Source: Octopus vulgaris (lineage: Eukaryota). Taken from it: a stretch of 64,000 nucleotides of DNA. Position numbers and translations under genes: made by a program. Below are positions 13,191 to 26,867 of this stretch, piece after piece. Below the pieces are notes generated by a model. That model made no database searches, had not been told where the DNA came from, and was given only the letters and a program-made list of their open reading frames with translations. Each line of letters opens with the position of its first letter. The stretch's first letter is position 1. The stretch lies in assembly GCA_951406725.2 (NCBI GenBank), contig OX597827.1, positions 42,780,001-42,844,000 of the forward strand. Reading direction: 5' to 3'.

Positions 13191-13512
13191 ATTTATTGTA
13201 TAGAAGGAGCTTCTACAGGACTAGAACTGTTTCATTCAAATGAAATCATCAGGAAGCTTGGCGTCAAGAATAGTTTTGGCATGTATACATTTAGGCAGAT
13301 TTGATGGGGTGGTGGTGCACTGATTCTTTTGACCACTCCCCTAAGAAAGACAGTTTGTGCCCTGCCCACCCCAAAAAAAGTCCCCCACCACCACCCCATC
13401 AAATCTGCCTAAATGTATAAATGCCAAAACTATTCTTGACGCCAAGCTTCCTGATGATTTCATTTGAATGAAACAGTTCTAGTCCTGTAGAAGCTCCTTC
13501 TATACAATAAAT
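13191..13512. repeat. Near-perfect ~126-bp inverted repeat with ~68-bp spacer
   Basis: 13191-13317 is the reverse complement of 13386-13512, with about one mismatch seen by eye. Confidence 0.9.
13445..13495 (+). ncRNA. Type I hammerhead ribozyme motif (identical antisense copy at 13208-13258)
   Basis: AGCUUC-CUGAUGA-UUUCAUUUGAAU-GAAA-CAG UUCUAGUC CUG-UA-GAAGCU. Stem I is 6 bp, the core is intact, stem III is ACAG/CUGU with a GUA triplet, and stem II is short and weak. Confidence 0.7.
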
Positions 13513-14025
13513 ATATATATACATATATATATATATATACACATGTATAATGATAATGACAGTGGTGGTGGTGTTTGCGGAGTGTTGTAAGTTGTAACAG
13601 TAGTAGTAGTAATAGTAGTAATGGTGGTGGCGGCGATAGTAGTTGTACTTGTAGTAGTAGTTGTTGTAAGTAGTAATGGTTGGGAGATGTACTAAATTAA
13701 AATAATATATATATATAGAAATAGGGTAAATGGGTGTTTGTTTGTTTGTTTGTGTTTCTATGGATGTATCAAGGAGAATGCATGTACGCTTGTGTGCGTG
13801 TGTGCGTGTGTATGTGTACGTGTGTGTGTGAGTGTGTGTAAGATTCTATTTGTATTAAAGGGTGTGTAAATATGTCTCCTTATAAGGGTGTGTAATTACC
13901 AACGGGTGTTTAAAAATGCTTGTATGCGAACATAATTTCTGCATGGCTTTAAAAGGTGTTAATATGCGTGCGGGGTGTATATGTGTGGGTGTGTATGTTT
14001 GTGCCTGTAGGGTGTATAGTACTGC

Positions 14026-14059
<34 letters not shown>

Positions 14060-14136
14060 GCTTATATAATTATCGTCATTGTTAGTGTGTATGATTGTAT
14101 GGTTGCAAAAGCGTTTGCATGCATGTATAACTTTAT

Positions 14137-14178
<42 letters not shown>

Positions 14179-15963
14179 ATTTGTGTGTGTAAGTACATGA
14201 ATGTGCTTGCATTTGCAGGCTGTATAAGTATATGTGTATATATATATATATATATATGCATGTGATTTTGTTCGTACGAGTGTATATTTTTGTGTGTGTT
14301 TGCGTGTTTGATGGATGAAGGCGTACGTGTTCGTCCGGGTGTATATATATATATATATATATATATGTTTATAGATGAGTGTATGTGTGTTTAAATATGT
14401 GTGTTCTTTACATTGGTGAACAATCATGCTTGTCTGTGTGAGAATGTGAGTGGGTGTGTGTATGCATATATGAGTGTACTTAAATGTGTGTTTGTGTGTG
14501 GGGGGGAGGTAAAGGTGAAATGGATGTAGGAATAGCAGGGCCAGGCAGTGGTAGGGCGGGGTGGGGTTGGGTGGATACAGAGTGGGGGTGGGGTCTGCTT
14601 TTTAAAAATCTTAAAATGAAAACAATAACAATAACAAAAAGAAAAAAAAATTAGGTTGAGTGCATAGTTTGTTTGGCTGCTCGTCGCACGGTGGTGGTGG
14701 TCGCGGTGGCGGTGGTGGTGGTCGCGGTGGCGGTGGTGACGGTGATGTGCTGGTGGTGTTGGCGGTAGCATGAGTAGCTGTTACTGTTGATGTTTGAAGT
14801 GGTGGTTGTGGTAGTAGTAGACGTTGTGGTTGTTGTGGTTGTGGTGGTGGTGGTGGTGGTGGTAGCGTGTTAGTTGTTTTGGTTGCGGTAGTGGTGGTGG
14901 TGGTGGTGGTGATGGTGGTGATGGTGGTGGTGGTGGTGGCGACAGTAGCTGTGGTGGCAGTGTGTTAGTTGTTTTGGTTGCGGTAGTAGTGGTGGTGGAG
15001 GTGGCGGTGGTGATGGTGGTGGTGGTGGTGGTGGTGGTGGTGACAGTAGCTGTGGTGGCAGTGTGTTAGTTGTTTTCGTACCGGTGGTTGTGGTGGTGGT
15101 GGTGGTAGTGATAGTGGTGGTCATGATGGTGGTGGCGGTCGTAAAGATGGTCGTGACTGTTAATGGTGGCGTGGGTGTTATTGTTATTGTTGCGGTTGTC
15201 GATGGTGGTGGTCTTGTTGATTGTCGTCATGATGATAGTGGAGGTGGTGGCGGCGGTGGTACTGGTGCTATTGATAACGAAGGTAGTTTTAGCGGTGGTC
15301 GTGGTGACAGTGTTGGAATTGCTACTGTTTGTTGTGGTAGTGGTGTTGGTGGTAGTGGTACGGACCTTGGTGAAAAATGGTATAAGATACTGTTGTTAAT
15401 GATTATGATGATGATGATGATGAGGAGGAGGAGGAGGAGGATAGTGGTGGTGGTGGTGAGAATAATAATAATAATAATAATAACAATAATAATAATAATA
15501 ATAATAATAATAGTAACAATAATAATAATGATAATAGTATTAATAATGGTTTCAAATTTTGTCACAAGGGCAATAATTTGGGCCAGGAAGGGACCAGTCG
15601 ATTACATCGACCCTAGTGCATAACTGGTACGTATTTTATCGAGTCCGAAAGGATGAAAAGGAAAGTTGACATGGGTGGAATTGGAATTTGAACTCAGAAC
15701 GTAACGGCAGACGAAATACCTATTTCTTTACTACCCACAAGGGGCTAAACACAGAGAGGACAAACGATGACAGACAAACGGATTAAGTCGATTATATCGA
15801 CCGACCCCAGTGTGTAAACTGGTACTTAATTTATCGACCCCGAACGGATGAAAGGCAAAGTCGACCTCGGCGGAATTTGAACTCAGAACGTAGCGACCAG
15901 ACGAAATACTGCTATGCATTTCGTCCACCGTGCTAACGATTCTGCCAGCTCGTCACCACCACC

Positions 15964-16005
<42 letters not shown>

Positions 16006-16222
16006 GGAACGAGGGTGGTGATGGGGGTGGTAATGGTGGCGGTGATTGTGGTTGTGAAAGTGACGCCGGGGGGTGGGGCAAAAGGCTGTGGTGGAGGTGG
16101 AGGCGATGGTGGTGACAGCCTTGGTGAAATTGGGTTACACAAGGTTGGTTGTTGTGGTGGCGACGGTGGTGGTGGTGGTGCTGGTAAGAACCTATGGAGG
16201 AAGAGGAAGCAAATATCAGGCG

Positions 16223-16429
16223 ATTGGTCGGCCTGCTTACGTCACAAGGAAGGGCGGGTAGACGGTGCTGATGGTGGCGACGGCGGCGGCGGCGGAGACG
16301 TTGGTAGAGGAGGTGGTGGTGGCGGTGGCGGCGGCGGTGGTGGTGGTGGTGGAGATAGCGGCAGCGGTGGTTGTTGTGTTGTCTAGGAGGGGCGGGAGGT
16401 AAGATCACGTGGTAAAACCTTGACCTTGG
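16223..16429. promoter_or_regulatory. Possible cis-regulatory cluster
   Basis: ATTGG (16223), TTACGTCA (16237), GGGCGGG (16252 and 16390), TCACGTG (16405) and TGACCTTGG (16421) lie in unique islands between microsatellites. Confidence 0.3.
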
Positions 16430-16477
16430 GTAGCTTTGTATATATATATATATATATACACATATATTTACATATAC

Positions 16478-16522
<45 letters not shown>

Positions 16523-16546
16523 TTTACATATGTATATATATATATG

Positions 16547-16577
<31 letters not shown>

Positions 16578-16863
16578 AAAGACGCACACACACACTCACG
16601 CATTCAGAAAAGAGCCCGCATGCACATACACACGCAAGCACACACGCATACATACATGTACACATATGTAAACAAACATATAATCTATCTTATCTCTTAG
16701 CTATCTTTTGCTATGTGCGTGCGTTTGTGTGTGTGTATGTGTGTATGTGTATACATTCATATATATATATATATATAGACATATGTGTATACATACATAC
16801 ACAAAACACTCATACATATATATATATTCATATATATATATATACATACATATATACATATAC

Positions 16864-16927
<64 letters not shown>

Positions 16928-17025
16928 GCATACAATACGCACGCACAACGCCCTTTCAAACACAGACTCTCACTCTCTCTCACTCCACTCTCTCAGTTAT
17001 AACGACACACACATGCGCACGGGGA

Positions 17026-17126
17026 AGATTGTCAGCGACTTCGAAGTTTCAACGATAACAACTCCGTCTGACTGTCATTAGCGGCCCCGCCCACAACCAG
17101 CAACACTTCGAAGTCACTACCAACCT
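17026..17126 (-). ncRNA. Candidate RNA stem-loop (21/22 bp stem, 57-nt loop)
   Basis: On the minus strand AGGUUGGUAGUGACUUCGAAGU pairs with ACUUCGAAGUCGCUGACAAUCU, with three G-U wobbles and one mismatch. Confidence 0.45.
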
Positions 17127-17906
17127 ATTCTTTACAGGGTCGCGGCTTAAATTTCTCGAGTGAATCTTTATAGTGCATGGAAACAAAACACACTCACGAC
17201 TATACATAAATATTCTTTTATTCTTATATTTGTTTCAGTCATTTGACAGCGGCCATGCTGGAGCACCGCGTTTACTCGAACAAATCGAGCCCAGGACTTA
17301 ATCTTTGTAAGCCTTGTACTTATTCAATCGGTCTCTTTTTTGACGAAGAATTAAGTTACGAGGACGTAAACACACCAACATCCGTGGCGACAAACACAGG
17401 CACACAAATATGATACAGGGTGGCCCAAAATTAGGTTGACAGTTATCATGCAATCACTTCAAATTTCTTTTAAAACATTTTATTACATTTAAATTTCTAT
17501 CTTGCAATTAACTAAATTAGCATAGAATAATGGCTTCATATTTTTTTTTATATAATTAAGATCTAAACGCGTCACGATACTACTAACCTGGTTTGAAGTT
17601 CTGATGATGGTATAGGGTAGTACAAAAGAGTTTAGCTACGAGTGCATCACAGCTTTAAGAGAAACAGCCGTAAGGTAATGGAAGTTTATGGTACAATTTC
17701 TTATCCCCTTGCCATTTCTTATATACATATATATATATGCGCATGAGTGGTTGTGTGGTAAGAAGCTCACTTCCCAACCATATGGTTCCTGGTTCAGTCC
17801 CATAGCGTAGCGTTGCACTTGGGCAAGTGTCTTCTACTCTAGCCTCGGGCGACCTGACTCTTGTGAGTGGATTTGGTAGACGGAAACTGAAAGAAGTCAG
17901 CCACAC

Positions 17907-17985
<79 letters not shown>

Positions 17986-18023
17986 CATATATAGGGTTGC
18001 AAAGATTAATACAGTTCTATATA

Positions 18024-18362
<339 letters not shown>

Positions 18363-18848
18363 TTTATATGTACGTATATACATACATACATACAAATACA
18401 CACACACAAACACACACACACATACACACACTCATACACACACACACACACATATACACATGCATCTGTCGGGGTATTCTTGGATACAATCGTCTCGTAG
18501 GATTCTCGATGTGATAGTCGTGTTGAAAAACTAATAAACAGTTGTTATTCTATGTTTTAGAAGACTCACTGTGGAATCGCTCTGCAAATATAAACACACG
18601 CACCGATGGTTGTTGTTGTTGTTAACCCATTTGTTTATTAATCGTTTTTGTCAAAAGCTTTCGTTCCACCCCTGTAATCGTCTCAATGAACACTTTTCAA
18701 AAGAGAACTAAGAATGTACAAGAAAAAATGCTTTGACTGATCGATTAATAAGAATATTAAAAAAAAAAAAAACGTGAACTACGAGCAATGCGTTCATTTC
18801 TAATGGTCGAGTAAGTCTCCATAATTTCAACATGATGTATCTGTATGA

Positions 18849-18951
<103 letters not shown>

Positions 18952-18978
18952 GCCTGCCTGTCTGTCTATCTATCTATT

Positions 18979-19145
<167 letters not shown>

Positions 19146-19194
19146 CTATCTATTTATGTATGTATGTATGTATGTATGTATGTATGTATGTATG

Positions 19195-19238
<44 letters not shown>

Positions 19239-20144
19239 AATCTTCCCCCCCCCCCCCAGTTTTCCCCTTCCAATCATAATCATTCAGTTCTCCCCATGCT
19301 TAGCTTATCTAGAACTCAATTATCTGATGTCCTTCAGTTTTTCATAATTTTAAGCGAGATTCGGCTGCACTTTCTAGTAGATCGTACAACCACGTAGAGA
19401 GCCTTTTGAGTGGTTCGTACTTGTTGTTGTTGTTGTTGCTGCTGCTGTTGTGTTGCGTTAGTAATGGTGGTAATGTTTATATTGGTAAAGTGGCGGTGAG
19501 TTAGTGTAGTAGCTAGTGGTTGCTTTGGTGGTAGTTCAGATAGTAGTACTAGTGGTGGCGGCGGCAGTGGTGATGGTGGTTGTTGTTGTTGTTGTTGCGG
19601 TGGTAGTACATGTTAAGGCAGTGGTGGCCACATTATTTTCGTTGTTGCTCTCATTGATGGTGGGGTGGCGGCGACAGTAGTGGTAGCGATGGTGCTGGTG
19701 GTGCTAGTGAGAGGCGTTTGTTAAGGTGGTGGTGGCGAAATTGCTTTCGTTTGCTGCTGTTACTGGTGGTGGTGGTAGTGGTAGTGGTGGTGCCGGGTGG
19801 TAACGAAGGTAAAGGAGGGTAGCGAGGGAGGGGCGGTTGCCCCAAATGCTGGCTGCATTGACGAGGTAGGTGTACGATGGTGAAGAAAGCTAAGAATAGT
19901 TCTTGTAGAGAGGTGGTTGGGTGGGGGCAGCGGCGGCGGCGGCGGTGCTGATGGTGGTGGTGGTGGTGGTGGTGGTGGTAATGGTAATGGTGGTGATGGT
20001 GGCGGCGGCGGAGGTTGTTTAGGTGGTGGGTGCTTATAAGGTGCGCGTGTAGTAGTGAGGGAAATTTGCTCCAGACCCAAATACCAGCGGAGCCTGCATG
20101 CGCATGCGCATGTGTGCGTGTGTATATATGTTTGTTTATATATA

Positions 20145-20189
<45 letters not shown>

Positions 20190-20518
20190 GCATATGCATA
20201 TATATACACGCATACACACAATCACACACACACAGGCACATACACATATATGTATATATTTGTGTGTGTGTATGTATGTGTATATAACAGCATATATGTC
20301 GCTCTGTGTGGTGTGTTTATGTGTGTATGCTGTTTTATAGGTCAGTAAGCATTTATCTAATGTGCGCGCGTGCATTTACGTACGTACATACATACATACA
20401 TACATGCATGCATACATACATACATACATACATACATGCATGCATGCATACATGCAAGCATACACACACATACATACATACATACATGCGTACATACATA
20501 CATACACACATACATACA

Positions 20519-20552
<34 letters not shown>

Positions 20553-20934
20553 CGTACGTACATACGTAGTACATATATGCATTTACACGTACATTCATAC
20601 ACACACATATATATATATACATACATACTTTCATGCATACATGCATATATACATACGTACTTACGTACATACATACAGGCATACATACGTGCGTACATTT
20701 ATACATGCATGCATACATACATACATACATACGTACGTACATTTATACATACATACATACATACATACATACATACATACATACATACATACATACACAC
20801 ATACACACTGAGAGTTGTCTCGAGAGTAATGCAAAAGTGGGCATAACTTTTTTTTATTAACTAAAATAGGGCGTTCAAATGGTTCACGTTGCTAGGGCAA
20901 GTCTTCCTTTAAAATATCTCTTCTTCTTCTTCTT

Positions 20935-21029
<95 letters not shown>

Positions 21030-21039
21030 TTGCAAAGCA

Positions 21040-22880
21040 ATAAGCCGCATGCAGAAGCAACGTGCTGTCATTGAACTTCTCGGAGTAGCTGTGTGTACGG
21101 ATTGTCCGGCATACACCAAGGGCTACTGTTTGCTTACGTACTTGACTCCTCTGACGACTACAATGTGCACAGATGGTTGAATAAGTTTAACTCTTCAGCA
21201 TTCGGGTTACTCAGGCGAATGCATTGCTTATCTATTCTCATTGTTTCAAATTGTTTCAAGCGCGGGCGTGGCTGTGTGGTAAGAAGTTTGCTTCCCAACC
21301 ACATGGTTCCGGGTTCAGTCCCGCTGCGCGTTAACTTGGGTAAGCGTCTTCTACTATAGCCTCGGGCCGACCAAAGCCTTATGAGTGGATTTGGTAGACG
21401 GAAACTGAAAGAAGCCCATCGTATATACATATATGTGTGTATGTTTATGTGCACGTTTGTCTCCCCAACATCGCTTGACAACCGATGTTGGTGTGTTTAC
21501 GTCCTCGTAACTTAGTGGTTCAACAAAGAGCCCGATAGAATAAATACTAGGTTTACAAAGGATGAGTACTGGGGTCGATTCTTTCGACTAAAAGGCGGTG
21601 CTCCAGCATGGTCGCATTTGTTCCTTCTCCCTTCTCCTCACTCCCTTTGTTTATTTCCCTCATCCTTTCTCTTGTTCCCCTTCCCCTCTGACTATTGCTC
21701 ACACGTGACTACAGGCAATTTCTTTGGCCTCAGTCTTTTCTGTATGAGACGTCCATCCCAGGGACGCAATTCTGTGCAGAGCCGACCAAGTCCACAGGTG
21801 CTCTCCCATCGTTGTCTTTCCCGTGCCATCCTTTCTGCGTCCTCTAAAGTGACGTCGAGCCTTTGGAGATCTTCCCCAACCACGTCTAGCCATCTGGTGC
21901 GGGGCCTATCACGAGGCCTCTTCCGATCCGCAGCTGCTGCATCGAAAGAAAGTAAAACCCTGGTAGAGTGCTCTTGAGGGAGACAGAGAACATGTCCGTA
22001 CCAGCGCATGCGACAGATAGCCATGAGATGGGAGGCTGTGGGCTGATGCTTGAGCGCACGCAGTTCTTTGTCGGAAACATGATGGTACCCCCGACGATCT
22101 GATTTAAACACATTTTTAGAATGACGTTGTAGGGTAGGTGTGAGAGGATGGATCTGGCTGGTTTTACTATAAAACGGGAAAATATATGGACCGGATATGG
22201 TTAGCTTAAATGTTAAGGGCTTAACGGAGCGATAACCAATGCTGAGAACAAGCTTTGCAACGGGAGACAATCAATTGACACGAATTGCCTGCGATGGGGC
22301 GAACAGATTCGCTCAGCCAAACTAGCCACAATCCTGGTGCTTGTTGCATTACTTGATTTTGGTCAGAATGTATTGTTAGTAAATGGTTGAAGATTTTGGG
22401 TATTAGTAAGCGGGTACAAAGTGAATCATTTAGCAGCTGAAGAAGAGGGTGGAAGTCGGCTCTGATCTGCTGGAAATGTTTGGAGTGAATGAAGACATTT
22501 TTTTTTTCGATCTAGTGACAAAAGATGAAATGTGACCGCATCTTTATGATCTAGAAGAAGCTGAGCTACATTTCAAGGAATTGCGTCACACTTCTTCCTC
22601 AAACTTCAAAATCCTCAATAGCCAGTGATCGACACAGAAAGCTTTGTTGGTTCTTTTAAAAAGACATGAGTGTCCTTCTCCTCGATTTTCAGGAACGTGG
22701 CTTTACCGGGAACAGTAAGCTGTACATTGAGGTCCAGAAAAATTCAGAGAAGCCATTAGGAGGAAGAAACCGAGGAAGATTACGAAACACTCCAGGGTCA
22801 CCGTAATAATTCGTAACCAGAAACATTTTTGAGAACAAATCAAGCAATCATCAAACTGGGTTGGTCAGTGGTCTCCAGTC
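21040..22880 (+). mobile_element. Highly decayed mariner transposase relic, interrupted by a SINE and an RTE fragment
   Basis: N-terminal QKQRAVIELL...VHRWLNKF, and LVTKDEM*PHLYDLEE near 22512, which resembles the mariner IVTGDETW..YDPE motif. Confidence 0.6.
21740..22100 (-). mobile_element. RTE LINE 3' fragment
   Basis: Translates as RMRWYGHVLCLPQEH...RKRPRDRPRTRWLDVVGEDL. Confidence 0.8.
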
Positions 22881-23983
22881 CATCATACTGACACTCTGTC
22901 GGTCATGACGATGAGGCTTCCAGTTGATCCGATCAACGGGACAGCCCGCTCGTGAAATTAATGTGCAAGTGGCTGAGTATTCCACAGACACGCGTACCCT
23001 TAACTTAATTGTCGGGGAGATTCAGGATGTGACAAGGCTGTCCCTTTTGAATTACAGGTACAATTGATTTTTGTCAACTGAGTAGACTGGAGAAATATGT
23101 TAAATATAGTGTCTTGCTCAAGGACACAACGCGACGCCGGGAATCGAACTCAGGACCTTACTATCGTGAGCCGAATACCCTAACCACTGAGCCTCGTGAC
23201 TACGCTAATCCGTCATAAAAACCGATTCTGGTGCCCTCCGTCGTCTACAAATTCGGTCCAATGGAGGACAGTTTTTGTGTTCCGTCACTGATGACACAAA
23301 CGAGGTGAGTGGAAAGAAGGGTGTGCAACAATGCAGATCTGGTTATTTTCAAAGAGAATTCGGAAGTTGAGTTGAACGATGGGGCAAATACATGACTTGA
23401 GATGGAGCCTATGTGAGCAGAGCCTTTATGTAGAGAACGAGTTACTTCACTAAAATGGGCAACTCGACCGTCCTGTGTCAGTTAATAAAAAAAAAACAGG
23501 CCCAATTTTGCATTAGTTTCAGTACAATCCTTGGGTGTGTGTGTGAGAGAGAGAGAAGGGGTGATAGGGGAATGAGAGAGGGGGTGATAGAGGGATGAGA
23601 GAGGGGGTAAGAGAGAGGGGCTGAGAGAGAGAGAGCGAGTGTAACGATCTTCTCATGAATAACAAAAAGAAATTGGCTCTTAGAAACGAGAAGGGATCGA
23701 CGGAAAAATATGAAAAAAAAAAACAAAAAAACGATACAATGGTTACGCAGACATACTCAACTCTTCATCAGTTATCGCTCAAATATCTGTCCGATTTCGA
23801 CACCTTATGATAAGATTGTTCAATTGGTCAGTGTTAGCAACTTAAGTAGCTGGAACATGACATAAAGAAGCGGATATGAAAGACGAATACGTACAGAGAA
23901 AAATAAGACAAGTATTTCAACAAAAGACGATATCTGACAACGCGGAAATTGAAAATATTTTACATTCAGTACTATCTGTCTGT

Positions 23984-24495
23984 GTGGAGGTGCGTGGCTT
24001 AGTGGTTAGGGTGTCAGCACCATGATCGTAAAATTGTGGTTTCGATTCCTAGACTGGGCGACGCGTTGTGTTCTTGAGCAAAACACTTCATTTCACGTTG
24101 CTCCAGTCCACTCAGCTGGCAAAAATGAGTAACGCTGCAATGGACTGGCGTCCCGTCCAGCTGGGGAACACATACGCCATTGAAACCGGGAAACCGGGCC
24201 CATGAGCCTGGCTAGGCTTTAAAAGAGCGCATTTATTTGTGGAGGCGCGTGGCTTAGTGGTTGGAGTGCCAGCATCATGATCGTAAGATTATGGTTTCGA
24301 TTCCTGGACCGGGTGACGCGTTGTGTTCTTGAGCAAAACACTTCATTTCACATTGCTCCCGCCCACTCAGCTGGCAAAAATGAGTAACGCTGCAATGGAC
24401 TGGCGTCCCATCCAGCTGGGGAACACATACGCCACAGAAACCTGGAAACCGGGCCCATGAGCCTGGCCAGGCTTTAAACGGGCGCATTTATTTAT
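23984..24495 (+). mobile_element. Head-to-tail dimer of a tRNA-derived SINE; related copies near 31755 and 42496
   Basis: Two ~254-bp copies, each GTGGAGG.GCGTGGCTTAGTGG...GTTTCGATTCC...TTGTGTTCTTGAGCAAAACACTT...GCGCATTTATTT. Confidence 0.85.
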
Positions 24496-25315
24496 TTTCT
24501 TTTTTTACTATCTGTCTGTGTACATGAATGCTCCTAAGCAGATTACAGCTTGTTAGATGTTTGCTTATCCAAGACCTTTCGCTTTATTTATATCGAGACT
24601 TATAATCACACATTTATATGCGTATCGAAAAATATCGGTAAATTTTCCACTGCTTTTCTGCTGCAATCGCACTAAGAACTCTGGCATCATCTGTGTACCG
24701 AAATCCAATAACTGATCTAGTTAGGATCTTTGTTCTTCTGGCACGAATCTTGTGTCAGGGTTGAATAACTTCGCCATCTGTACGTTATGAGATCTGGATG
24801 CTAGGTAGGTGTTGGCTCATACTGAGTACTAGCTGAGAGGAAAATGAAAAAAATAGTGTGAAGCAAATTATTGCATATCTACACATTACACCGGTTCTCA
24901 CTTCAAACTGATCTTATGGAAGACTGGCACTCTACATTGGCCTTTCATGTTCTGCCAGAAGCCGCGAGATTACAAAGGATTTTTTTTTCTTTTCTTTTAA
25001 TTAGCTGCCAAGTTTGGTTAGCACTTTTCACAGAGCTTCACAATTTGCGGTATGAAATGCATTGGCGAGGTCAAAGAAAGCCATTTTTCAAACGTTTCTG
25101 CTGCTTGTTGTTATTTCTCCTGGAACTGGCAAGAACAGAAGTTTATATAAATAGTGGCTCTGGAAGGCCGCAAACCAGTTTGGGTTGTAGCTAGGTGATT
25201 CTCCGGTAGTGCGAGCAGTCGGTTAAATATATATGTGTATATATATATATATATACATTTACACATACATATACATATATATATATACATATACATATAT
25301 ATATATGTATATATG

Positions 25316-25361
<46 letters not shown>

Positions 25362-25382
25362 TATGTATATATATATGTATGT

Positions 25383-25413
<31 letters not shown>

Positions 25414-25424
25414 CATATACATAC

Positions 25425-25455
<31 letters not shown>

Positions 25456-25462
25456 CATATAC

Positions 25463-25493
<31 letters not shown>

Positions 25494-25709
25494 CATATAT
25501 ATATATATATGTATTTATGTATGTATATGTATATATATATATATGTATGTATGTATGTATATACGCGCACACGCACACACACGCACGTATATATTGTATA
25601 TATTTGTATATATATACACACACGCATAAGGGTATGTACACGTGTGTGACCGTGTGTGTATATGTATAAACATATATGTGTTTGTACATAAGTTACTTAT
25701 TCAGTTACG

Positions 25710-25759
<50 letters not shown>

Positions 25760-26046
25760 TAGATATGATATTTATAAATATATGTGTATAAATACACACA
25801 CACATCTTAGATGGATAGAGTATATTTACATATATTTATACACATATAAATATATACATGCATACTTTCATAAATGCTATTATACACACGCTCACATATG
25901 TGCACGCATACAGTGGGCTCAAATGCCACAGTATCCATTTCTCCAACGGCGCTCTAACCACGCCCATCACACCTACCATTTTCTAACTCAATGAATCTCA
26001 AATTTTCAATCATGCATATCACGTTATCGATTTGGATCTGATTTCA

Positions 26047-26143
26047 AATCCCGCTGGAGTGACTTTGATTTCTATTTCGTTGAATTCCGATCGATAAAAT
26101 AATTAGTAATTTTCATGTTGTGAGATCAAACCCCAGCGGGATT
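26047..26143 (+). ncRNA. Candidate hairpin (miRNA-like) in a unique island
   Basis: AAUCCCGCUGG/CCAGCGGGAUU (11 bp) plus UUUGAUUUC/GAGAUCAAA (9 bp, one G-U), with a loop of about 49 nt. Confidence 0.4.
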
Positions 26144-26234
26144 ATGTGTGATCTCAGGACCTCTTGGGGGAGGGTTAGATAAAGCAAAGTATATTATTAT
26201 ACTGAAGTTATTTTAATCCTGGGTGTTTCTCACC

Positions 26235-26286
<52 letters not shown>

Positions 26287-26491
26287 ACACCCTTTCTTTC
26301 TTTTTTCTCTCTCTCTCCTCTTTCACTCTTAAGCGCCTTTTTCAATCTCTATTTCTCTTTCTCCTTATTCGTTCCTTTTATCTCTCTCCCTCTTTTTGTC
26401 TCTCCTTCTCCCTATATCCCTTTCTCTTTCTCCTGTTCTCTTCCTTTTCTCCTTCTCTATCCCTGTCTATCTCTGCCTGTTTGTTATTCCC

Positions 26492-26525
<34 letters not shown>

Positions 26526-26867
26526 GTCCCTCTCTCTCTCACTCTTTCTCACACACACACACTCTCTCTCTCACACACAGTCTCTCTCTCTTTCCATTCC
26601 TCTCTCTCTCATTCTCTCCCATCATCAGACGAAATGGAGGGCCTCTTTTCATTAGGACATTTGAACTTAACCAAATTACAAGCACGGGAGCATACACATA
26701 CGCACACACATACACACACATGCATATATATGTTCGTATGTATGTATGCATGCATGTCTGTGCATGAGTATAATATGGACGTACGAACATGTAGCATGCA
26801 TGTATTGTAAACATGCATATATGTATGCATGTATGTACGTACGTATCTTTGTATGAATGTATGTATG

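Noticed and set aside
23984-24060. tRNA-like A/B-box sequences here and in other SINE heads
   Set aside because: They continue into SINE bodies and lack full cloverleaves, so they are not tRNA genes.
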